23,256 nucleotides of DNA from a virus (IMGVR_UViG_3300025316_001100), one strand, 5' to 3'; shown: positions 15,220 to 21,692, counted from the stretch's first letter. Program-made: numbers and translations. Notes: generated by a model from the letters alone, not told the origin.

Positions 15220-15383
15220 CTAATTGGTTCCTTGTGTGATCTCGGCAAAATACGCCATCGGCTCCAAAATTGACCAAGTATCAAATCACAAGAGGAATAA
15301 CCAGTCCATGATCCAGACCACGTTCTCCACGCTGATCTGTTCATGTAGTCATAACCCGTAATAGCTGTACGAATGATTTTCAT
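15216..15383 (-). CDS. Array peptide 6
   Basis: 55 aa MKIIRTAITGYD...; ATGA overlap. Confidence 0.8.
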   Translation of the reverse strand: MKIIRTAITGYDYMNRSAWRTWSGSWTGYSSCDLILGQFWSRWRILPRSHKEPIR

Positions 15384-15544
15384 TGGCCCACTTTCTTTAA
15401 CCACCAACTACAGCGATTATGGTCACCCCAACGGCTCCAAAACAATTTATGCACACTCATTGAATGTGTATGCAAATTACCAAGTCGTTGCGGATCTTTG
15501 CAAGACTTCTTAACAAAATGCAATACACGAAACATGTTTTTCAC
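15380..15544 (-). CDS. Array peptide 5
   Basis: 54 aa (GTG) MKNMFRVLHFVK..., hand-translated; GTGA overlap. Confidence 0.75.
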   Translation of the reverse strand: MKNMFRVLHFVKKSCKDPQRLGNLHTHSMSVHKLFWSRWGDHNRCSWWLKKVGQ

Positions 15545-15705
15545 GATCTTTTACTGCTTCTGTAACTAATCCATCTGCTAAAGAAGTGACCGAAATTTGA
15601 TCGCCAGATACAAAATGAACGCCAAATATTACGTCTGTGATTAGCCGACCAAGCAGTCCGATTTTTCCACTTGCGATTGGTGATAATAGACAAAATGATT
15701 TTCAT
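15541..15705 (-). CDS. Array peptide 4
   Basis: 54 aa MKIILSIITNRKW...; GGAG RBS. Confidence 0.8.
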   Translation of the reverse strand: MKIILSIITNRKWKNRTAWSANHRRNIWRSFCIWRSNFGHFFSRWISYRSSKRS

Positions 15706-15829
15706 GACACTGACTCCAAAATTTCCAAATCCACGGAAGCATGTTATTGACCGACATGGTAGACATAATCTAACAAGATCGTTTGACAACCATATCTCTT
15801 CTTCGTAATGCAAATAATGCGATTTTCAT
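15706..15829 (-). pseudogene. Array unit 3, disrupted
   Basis: ATGA-coupled start MKIALFALRRRDMVVKRSC, then TAG at 15772-15770. The same frame continues IMSTMSVNNMLPWIWKFWSQC. Confidence 0.55.
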
Positions 15830-15981
15830 GTTTCGATCCAACAAGAGCGACTAAATGGCCATTCCCACTGACATTGTGTGTAAAAATTTCCGCTTATTGA
15901 ATAACCAAATGCACGCTCAAACGTATGTTTTTTCTGCCATCGCCCAAATCGAACCGTATATGATCTACGAATAACTTTCAT
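15826..15981 (-). CDS. Array peptide 2
   Basis: 51 aa MKVIRRSYTVRFG..., hand-translated; ATGA overlap. Confidence 0.75.
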   Translation of the reverse strand: MKVIRRSYTVRFGRWQKKHTFERAFGYSISGNFYTQCQWEWPFSRSCWIET

Positions 15982-16160
15982 TTTGGTTTTGGCCCATGTT
16001 TGTTACTTTCGTATTCGTCACCTATCCATCGGCTCCAATACTTCCAGCTACCCAACCAACTCATTACATGAAAACCTTCGCCCCAGCCAGAGTGTTTTAA
16101 TTGCCCCGCTTTCGGTCTACGCATTCGGGCATGCATTGTGTTACGAAATATGGTTTTCAT
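15978..16160 (-). CDS. Array peptide 1
   Basis: 60 aa MKTIFRNTMHAR...; GGAG RBS directly after the terminator. Confidence 0.8.
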   Translation of the reverse strand: MKTIFRNTMHARMRRPKAGQLKHSGWGEGFHVMSWLGSWKYWSRWIGDEYESNKHGPKPK

Positions 16161-16173
16161 TTTAATCTCCAAC

Positions 16174-16208
16174 AAAAAACCCGATGTGGGCATGCCCACA
16201 TCGGGTTT
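16174..16208 (-). terminator. Intrinsic terminator after the Sm-like gene
   Basis: Perfect 32-nt palindrome aaacccgatgtgggca/tgcccacatcgggttt (16177-16208); on the minus strand the stem ends in a TTTTTTG tract. Confidence 0.8.
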
Positions 16209-16229
16209 AAGTTCATCACCTTGCCTGGA

Positions 16230-16529
16230 TCACGCACCGGGCAACGCAGCGTTGCACCAATTGGGCTGATACAGAATTTCGATGGCATCGGTCTTGATCG
16301 TGACGCTTCCACCGATGGGATCTTCGGTTTGCGGACGCTCAAGATTGCAGGCACCGGAAACTTCCACGCAGGAAGAATTGGCCAGGGTGATGCAATCGGC
16401 CAAGACTTGGCTCAACTCACCACGGTACTGGTAGCGGGCACAGAGGACAGCCACTTGCTGGCCAATGTACTGCTTCGCTAGGTCCGAGAAATTCCTAGCA
16501 GCATCGGTTGACTTTTCACTCGAATTCAT
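16230..16529 (-). CDS. Sm/LSm-like (SH3-type beta-barrel) protein
   Basis: 99 aa. IGQQVAVLCARYQYRGELSQVLADCITLAN resembles the Sm1 motif; GGSVTIKTDAIE resembles an Sm2-type strand. Confidence 0.65.
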   Translation of the reverse strand: MNSSEKSTDAARNFSDLAKQYIGQQVAVLCARYQYRGELSQVLADCITLANSSCVEVSGACNLERPQTEDPIGGSVTIKTDAIEILYQPNWCNAALPGA

Positions 16530-16576
16530 TTGAAACTCGCTTTCTTATTGGGTAAAACAAACGGGTTAAAACTGGT

Positions 16577-16608
16577 GTCTCTCCTTAACGAAATTGTCAA
16601 GGAGAGAC
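16577..16608 (-). other. Intergenic 13-bp hairpin between the cupin-like and Sm-like genes
   Basis: gtctctccttaac-gaaatt-gtcaaggagagac: 12 Watson-Crick pairs plus one G-U; only a weak U-tract after it. Confidence 0.7.
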
Positions 16609-16625
16609 GGGTAATGTCAAAGACC

Positions 16626-16949
16626 TTAGTCCTTGACCTGACGCTCCTTGATGGCCTCTGCCGGATCGTACTCACGTTGACGAGTGATAACAAACCACTC
16701 GTTGGCAGGCAATGTGACCGCACCGTGCTCTTCATGCTCGATAACGAGCGGCCCGTGCGTGTTCATCACATAAATGTCTCCGTTCTCGTCCACGCAGGAC
16801 TCCAACTCGGACATGGGGGTGGCAATACGGTGAGCATGGCCTGTGACCTCGCCATAAGCAAGGATTGGGCTAATTGGCTTGCGTTTGCCCTTGGGCTTCG
16901 ATACTTGTTGGAAGAAGATGTCTCCCTGACGTGCTTGGTAATCTTTCAC
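16626..16949 (-). CDS. Small His-rich cupin-like protein (RQGD...GEVTGHAH...HEEH...RQREY)
   Basis: 107 aa from GTG after an AAGGAG RBS. The motif set is the one I recall in genes adjacent to DUF6745. The fold call is inference. Confidence 0.8.
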   Translation of the reverse strand: MKDYQARQGDIFFQQVSKPKGKRKPISPILAYGEVTGHAHRIATPMSELESCVDENGDIYVMNTHGPLVIEHEEHGAVTLPANEWFVITRQREYDPAEAIKERQVKD

Positions 16950-17001
16950 AATCGACTCCTTGGTAAAACTGGTGATTTTATTAACTTCACTTGTCTTCAG
17001 T

Positions 17002-17030
17002 ATTATACGCAATACTAGGTCACAAGTCAA
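17002..17030 (-). promoter_or_regulatory. Near-consensus sigma70 promoter for the cupin/Sm/array operon
   Basis: TTGACT (17030-17025) - 17 nt - TATAAT (17007-17002), about 50 nt upstream of the GTG at 16949. Confidence 0.85.
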
Positions 17031-17060
17031 CACCCTAAATATTTTTCCAATCTACTTTCG

Positions 17061-17240
17061 TTAAACGCATCCTTCACTGGTGCCGCTCCGTAGCAACTCA
17101 ATCTCATTCAAAGCAGCAACCAACGAATCCTCCAATTGCTCCCTAGACAACGGTACTGGAATACCGTCTTCAATATAGGCTGGTTTGGGCTTATCTTCTC
17201 CGCACCAACGAGCAACCATTATGTCACTTAGTTCATTCAT
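17061..17240 (-). CDS. Hypothetical protein
   Basis: 59 aa MNELSDIMVARWCGED...AALNEIELLRSG, hand-translated; AAGGAAGAG RBS. Confidence 0.65.
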   Translation of the reverse strand: MNELSDIMVARWCGEDKPKPAYIEDGIPVPLSREQLEDSLVAALNEIELLRSGTSEGCV

Positions 17241-17285
17241 TTCTCTTCCTTACGCACCATTTATTCGCTGGTGCCTCCGTAGAGA

Positions 17286-17672
17286 TTATACTACGGATGG
17301 CAATTCTTGTAAAGTAGCCTCTGCAAAAGCAAATAATTGATGCACTTCATCATCTTTCTCAATTCGCATGGGATTGAGCTTAAACAATCCGCCGCCCGCA
17401 TAATTACATGGGCCTCCCGCAACAACTCGATCTCGTTCAAAGCAGCTTTTTTCAGCAGATTCATCCAAATGTTCCATCCAACGACCAATGCAAGAAAATC
17501 CAATTACTCGTTCGATTTCCTCTAAAGATAAATCGGTTTGAGTTTCAAAATCTCGCATGGATTGAACATAACCGCAAACCGGACAGACAAATTTCCAATC
17601 CTTGGCATTAGGACCAAATCGACGGACAGCCTCCGCAGCCCATTCTTGGTGTGTCATTTTAACCAATTGCAT
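17286..17672 (-). CDS. VVA0879-family-like Zn-binding protein
   Basis: WKFVCPVCGYVQS...IGFSCIGRW...CNYAGGGLFKLNP motifs. Start uncertain (17672 or 17657). Confidence 0.75.
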   Translation of the reverse strand: MQLVKMTHQEWAAEAVRRFGPNAKDWKFVCPVCGYVQSMRDFETQTDLSLEEIERVIGFSCIGRWMEHLDESAEKSCFERDRVVAGGPCNYAGGGLFKLNPMRIEKDDEVHQLFAFAEATLQELPSVV

Positions 17673-17880
17673 GACCTCCCATGTTACCAAGTCCAATACC
17701 ACAAATACCATTTATTCCACATTCGTCCAATTCATCCAGACATTGATGCTTTTCCACCAATGCTATAAGTTCCGGTGAACTGGGAGCATACTTCTCACGT
17801 GCTGGATCTTCAAACTTTTGTCGAAGTAATAGCCAGCAATCGTTTAAGGCGTTAATCAAATCGTCTTGAGGATATGCCAT
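17659..17880 (-). CDS. Hypothetical protein
   Basis: 73 aa MAYPQDDLINAL...; start reassigned from 17949. Confidence 0.6.
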   Translation of the reverse strand: MAYPQDDLINALNDCWLLLRQKFEDPAREKYAPSSPELIALVEKHQCLDELDECGINGICGIGLGNMGGHAIG

Positions 17881-17884
17881 TGGA

Positions 17885-17983
17885 TTATTTGAATATGTGA
17901 AAATACAAATCAAAAGCAAAGAATATAAACCCACACACAAGAAACACAAGCAACAGGAATAATGGTAAAATCTTTTTAATCAT
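17885..17983 (-). CDS. Small membrane peptide
   Basis: 32 aa MIKKILPLFLLLVFLVCGFIFFAFDLYFHIFK; ATGA overlap with upstream gene. Confidence 0.6.
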   Translation of the reverse strand: MIKKILPLFLLLVFLVCGFIFFAFDLYFHIFK

Positions 17984-18189
17984 GGATTTCTTTTCCCGTA
18001 CTCTACACCTTGGTTAAAGGCAATTTGTACATATCGCTCAAAATCTTCTTTGAATTTTTGATAAACTGCTGCTTTCCGCTTTTCTTCATCCAACGGATTG
18101 ACTGGCGGCAAAGCAAGTTCCTTAGCCCAATACCACAGTCTTAACACATCTTCATCTGATAACTCGTATTGGGATTTAATGATAGCCAT
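17980..18189 (-). CDS. Hypothetical protein
   Basis: 69 aa MAIIKSQYELSDED...; ordinary helical composition. Confidence 0.7.
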   Translation of the reverse strand: MAIIKSQYELSDEDVLRLWYWAKELALPPVNPLDEEKRKAAVYQKFKEDFERYVQIAFNQGVEYGKRNP

Positions 18190-18280
18190 TATTTCTTTTT
18201 GGTAAATTGACGAACAATTCGTAACACCACATAACACACCAATGTGGCAATAATCGAATAAATGATTGTATTATGCCAAT

Positions 18281-18736
18281 CTATTTGAGACTGGGTGACA
18301 ACTCTGGTGACTTCTGCAAACATTGCTTCTCCTTTGAACACTTCGGACACTCTGGATCATGAACGGTGGGATAAAAAGGCAGATCAAACTTAATATAGCG
18401 ATGTCCTTCAAATTCGAATTTATCGCATTTTGATACGACTGTGGTAGAAACCTGTTGCGGCATCGCCGCAACAGGTTTATTCACAATGGAAGTATACAAT
18501 ATTGCTGCCAATATACTTCCTATTACCGTACCAATAACCATTCCTGCTAGTTTTACTGGGAAGTGATTTTTAGTTGTCTTTACCCATTTGTTTGCCGATC
18601 CGCCATTACCCTTTATTTTAGTAACAAACAAACCCAACTGACGAATCTTTGTCATGGCGTCTTCTTGACCATCGGCCTCGATCTTGCCTTTGATCTCTTG
18701 GCCAGTCGCATCCATTGCTTCGTATAAATAGATCAT
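18281..18736 (-). CDS. Membrane protein with PilC/GspF-like N-terminal domain and C-terminal Cys/His motif
   Basis: YLYEAMDATGQEIKGKIEADGQEDAMTKIRQLGLFVTKI resembles PilC N-termini. One TM segment (LAGMVIGTVIGSILAAILY). C-terminal GHRYIKF...VHDPECPKC. Confidence 0.75.
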   Translation of the reverse strand: MIYLYEAMDATGQEIKGKIEADGQEDAMTKIRQLGLFVTKIKGNGGSANKWVKTTKNHFPVKLAGMVIGTVIGSILAAILYTSIVNKPVAAMPQQVSTTVVSKCDKFEFEGHRYIKFDLPFYPTVHDPECPKCSKEKQCLQKSPELSPSLK

Positions 18737-18742
18737 GTTTAT

Positions 18743-18985
18743 TTACCGATCAACCACTTGATCTACCAATCTTGCAAGTGGAGATTTTTCTGTAAATTCA
18801 GATTCCGTTTCACTAAATCCATAGAAGGTATCCACTCCTTCATGTTTCACTTCGCAATCATCTATAATGATTGCACTGGAACTCAATCCCGCTTTAGAAA
18901 ATGCTTTTGCCGCTGTATCGACGTTTTCAAAACACATTTCGGTTACACAACAACCGCACGAACTTTTAGCATAGAATTTTTTCAT
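18743..18985 (-). CDS. Hypothetical protein (CGCC motif)
   Basis: 80 aa MKKFYAKSSCGCC...; in tandem with neighbours. Confidence 0.7.
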   Translation of the reverse strand: MKKFYAKSSCGCCVTEMCFENVDTAAKAFSKAGLSSSAIIIDDCEVKHEGVDTFYGFSETESEFTEKSPLARLVDQVVDR

Positions 18986-19004
18986 TTTTCATTCCAATAG
19001 ATCA

Positions 19005-19256
19005 TCAGTTGTAACTTCTGTAACTGGGATAGCCGAAAAACTCCTCCATTTGAGGAATGATCTTATCCCATAGTTCATCTTGTTCGGCATCGGATAAAGC
19101 CACGGTTCCTAAAATCGCATCGATCATATCGGCCATCATTGAATTTACATCTTCGGCCATCACATCACTACGACTTGTGATTTTAATTGTTGGTTCCGGG
19201 TCTTTGACAAACGGCTCCACATTTCCAATTTCTTCATCACGAATTTCTTGTTCCAT
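19005..19256 (-). CDS. Hypothetical acidic protein
   Basis: 83 aa MEQEIRDEE...; GGAG RBS. Confidence 0.7.
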   Translation of the reverse strand: MEQEIRDEEIGNVEPFVKDPEPTIKITSRSDVMAEDVNSMMADMIDAILGTVALSDAEQDELWDKIIPQMEEFFGYPSYRSYN

Positions 19257-19617
19257 AATTTTTCTCCAAATAACGTGCGATGATTTGTCGCACACGTGTA
19301 TAATTTTTTCCATCTTCTGGCCATTCTGCATAGCCTTCGCCGGTTATATCAGCGATAACATCATCGGCAAGTAGCAACGAATACGCCTCTTCTTCTTTGG
19401 CCTTGGCCACCAACTGATCCCATTTGTGCGTCACGTTTTCACAATGCGTATCATTATGCAAAATGAAAAATGAATACTTCCAACCAGCGGCTTCGCTGTA
19501 GAACATCTTTAACGCTGGCAAAGCGTGTTTAATGTCCTCCATGCCACCCAGGACGGAAAACCCATCCTTAGCCGCAAAATTCGGTGCAGTTACGTGGAGT
19601 TGGTAAGTTTCACTCAT
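19237..19617 (-). CDS. Hypothetical protein
   Basis: 126 aa MSETYQLHVTAP... Confidence 0.75.
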   Translation of the reverse strand: MSETYQLHVTAPNFAAKDGFSVLGGMEDIKHALPALKMFYSEAAGWKYSFFILHNDTHCENVTHKWDQLVAKAKEEEAYSLLLADDVIADITGEGYAEWPEDGKNYTRVRQIIARYLEKNYGTRNS

Positions 19618-19849
19618 GTTCTTTATCCACAAAAATATCAAAGGCTTTTTGATGCCAACCTTCTTGTGCGGGAAATGGAATTGCGCCCTCTAATTCCATT
19701 GCCGCTTCTCTCCACCAAAACCTCTTCATTTCCGGGGCGGCAAAAGATACGCTGCGTTGTATTCGCTGCAATGTTTCTTGAAGATCATGGTCTTGTGGTA
19801 CAACCACAAGGATTTGATCCAAAACATCGGTTAATTCACGATCACTCAT
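19610..19849 (-). CDS. Hypothetical protein
   Basis: 79 aa MSDRELTDVLDQ...; overlaps neighbours by a few nt. Confidence 0.7.
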   Translation of the reverse strand: MSDRELTDVLDQILVVVPQDHDLQETLQRIQRSVSFAAPEMKRFWWREAAMELEGAIPFPAQEGWHQKAFDIFVDKEHE

Positions 19850-20027
19850 ATTCATGTACACGGATGTTTTCTAAAGAACCAACATATAAATCTTCAAGGT
19901 ACTGTGGCACTGGAATTCCAGCTAACATCAATCCACGCTTGAACCACATCCGACAACCTTTCCATCCACGACACATTAACACAAGTTGCCATTGAGGATG
20001 TTGGTCAAGCCATTCTCTCGCATTCAT
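19842..20027 (-). CDS. Hypothetical protein
   Basis: 61 aa MNAREWLDQHPQW...; ATGA overlap. Confidence 0.65.
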   Translation of the reverse strand: MNAREWLDQHPQWQLVLMCRGWKGCRMWFKRGLMLAGIPVPQYLEDLYVGSLENIRVHEYE

Positions 20028-20323
20028 TGTTTTTCTTTCATTGCCTGTGCCGTTGCTACCACTTGCTTAATGATTGGGCCTTCAGGCATTGTATCCAATG
20101 GGTTTTCTAATTTCGTCGCCCTAATTCCAGCCACGGTCTTTTCCATTTCTGCCTTGGCTTGCTCGGCCGTATCGTACATGTTTGGGGTACTAAGCAATGG
20201 ATGCCAACTATCAGTCTCTAGCATAATCCAGCCAGAATACTTACCACTACTATCTGGCCCACCAGCATCACATATAACATTTCTGCTCTGGATTGTCAAG
20301 GCCGTTATAAGACTTACACCCAT
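20024..20323 (-). CDS. Hypothetical protein
   Basis: 99 aa MGVSLITALTIQS... Confidence 0.7.
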   Translation of the reverse strand: MGVSLITALTIQSRNVICDAGGPDSSGKYSGWIMLETDSWHPLLSTPNMYDTAEQAKAEMEKTVAGIRATKLENPLDTMPEGPIIKQVVATAQAMKEKQ

Positions 20324-20325
20324 GA

Positions 20326-20772
20326 TTACTTCCCCACGCACTTGAGAACATCTTTATGCATACCAATCACTTCGGTTTTTTGATAAACCGTTTGTTTTAC
20401 AATACGATATTTATGACGTATTGCAGAACAATGATGACCATAGCTGTCTCGATGATCGTGCTTACCCGCAGCGTCATCTTTACGCACCTGTTTCAAAGCT
20501 GCAATGGCAAATTTAAGCGTCCACCATCCGCTATGACTGGTATGTGCCCAAACATCGTGAATTTCATCAGACGCTTCTTTATTGATAGCGTGCCAGTCAT
20601 TACCTGTTCCGGCATGTGGATCGAAAGAAGATCCAAAGTGATCGAAAGAACTAAAATGCCATTCTTGTAGATTTTTGAGCACAGGGATTAAAGGGTCTTT
20701 TGGCTTGAGCCAAGGACTCTCAGCAACTCGCTTGTGCTGAATTGTATAAAAAGTAAATTTGCCGTCTATCAT
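20326..20772 (-). CDS. Hypothetical protein
   Basis: 148 aa MIDGKFTFYTIQHK...; ATGA overlap. Confidence 0.75.
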   Translation of the reverse strand: MIDGKFTFYTIQHKRVAESPWLKPKDPLIPVLKNLQEWHFSSFDHFGSSFDPHAGTGNDWHAINKEASDEIHDVWAHTSHSGWWTLKFAIAALKQVRKDDAAGKHDHRDSYGHHCSAIRHKYRIVKQTVYQKTEVIGMHKDVLKCVGK

Positions 20773-20894
20773 TTCTTCCTACCTCTCCACTTTTCATACA
20801 AAATTTGCATGCCTTCGGCGGCACATGCAAAAGCCCAAACCACTCCCGCAATGAGCAAACAAATCCCTATTGGATAAACATAATCATGAAGCAT
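20769..20894 (-). CDS. Small single-TM protein
   Basis: 41 aa MLHDYVYPIGICLLIAGVVWAFACAA...KWRGRKK; start reassigned. Confidence 0.55.
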   Translation of the reverse strand: MLHDYVYPIGICLLIAGVVWAFACAAEGMQILYEKWRGRKK

Positions 20895-21384
20895 CTTGTA
20901 TTCGTACTGTAGTGTGAAAATGTGCGGCTCGCACATATTCCTCGCTGGGTAAGTACACCTTGGTGAATATTGCAGACAAATATTGCGTGTTCCAATCCAT
21001 CCCTGCCGCCACAAACTCAGGAGCATGGCAAAGCACAGGAACAACTATCGGTTCACATGCAAGCTGTTGAAATCCGGCTGATTTAGCAAAGTCTCTTTGT
21101 TCTTGCCAAGCCAATCGCTTTACAAGATCAGCATTACCTTCAAATAAAAAAACATGAAATCCCGCTTCTTTAGTCGTATCTAATTGCATTGCTTCAAAAA
21201 CAGCATGATACCATCTACGAGCACTACAATTCCAACCGGGTTTCCATTCATGTCCTTGCGATTCACTGCGTAAAATTCCCAGACAATCCCGCATCAACAC
21301 TTTGTAGCCCGTAATGGGGCCTTGTGCTAAACGCCTTTTCATTTGTTCCGTATCGGGAACAGTGGGAATCAAATGCATTATCAC
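20884..21384 (-). CDS. Hypothetical protein
   Basis: 166 aa; ATGA overlap. Confidence 0.75.
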   Translation of the reverse strand: MIMHLIPTVPDTEQMKRRLAQGPITGYKVLMRDCLGILRSESQGHEWKPGWNCSARRWYHAVFEAMQLDTTKEAGFHVFLFEGNADLVKRLAWQEQRDFAKSAGFQQLACEPIVVPVLCHAPEFVAAGMDWNTQYLSAIFTKVYLPSEEYVRAAHFHTTVRIQDAS

Positions 21385-21692
21385 TCATCCTTAATGCCCA
21401 GCACTTTCATCACTGTTACTGGCCCAAATCTTTGTTTTCTCTTTTTGCCATTAGGCATTTCAACTTCAAACCACGGCATCCAATCCCTACACACTTCACC
21501 CAGGTCTATAAATCGTGCCGTAAGCCCTCGGTACGCTCCATCTGGAATAACAATGGCATCACCGGGCTTTAGAGCGGCGTCGAGCAACGCTCGACGCCGC
21601 TTAATGAGATCAGCATAATTAGCTCTTGCTTTTATTTGAGCATTGCTCAAAGGCAATGGGGCGGGTGCTGATGGATCTTCCCAACGACTCAT
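21381..21692 (-). CDS. KOW-motif-like protein
   Basis: 103 aa. LKPGDAIVIPDGAYRGLTARFIDL matches the KOW pattern. No NGN domain. Confidence 0.65.
   Translation of the reverse strand: MSRWEDPSAPAPLPLSNAQIKARANYADLIKRRRALLDAALKPGDAIVIPDGAYRGLTARFIDLGEVCRDWMPWFEVEMPNGKKRKQRFGPVTVMKVLGIKDE

Larger units (their letters stand above)
13077..16160 (-). other. Small-ORF array, block 1 (17 units, one disrupted)
   Basis: Same N-terminal motif and composition as block 2. 13 of 16 junctions are 4-nt overlaps. Confidence 0.9.

Noticed and set aside
106-16160. Alternative genetic code (TGA or TAG recoded) joining the small ORFs into long genes
   Set aside because: Successive units change frame at ATGA overlaps, so read-through would not fuse them. 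TGA, TAA and TAG all occur at junctions, and conserved genes translate intact in the standard bacterial code.
106-16160. CRISPR array or integron cassette array
   Set aside because: No conserved direct repeat or attC-like inverted repeat between units. ORFs overlap, leaving no spacer DNA. No cas or integrase gene in the window.
106-16160. Calling the peptides RiPP precursors or secreted bacteriocins
   Set aside because: No radical SAM, YcaO, Lan or peptidase/ABC exporter gene in the window, and no double-Gly or Sec signal. Kept only as an untested hypothesis.
16101-17018. Plus-strand ORFs 16101-16481 and 16530-17018
   Set aside because: Antisense to the Sm-like and cupin-like genes, which have motifs, an RBS and a promoter.
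16950-17033. Longer N-terminus of the cupin-like ORF as given in the track (start 17033)
   Set aside because: The extension spans the promoter; an AAGGAG RBS supports the GTG at 16949.
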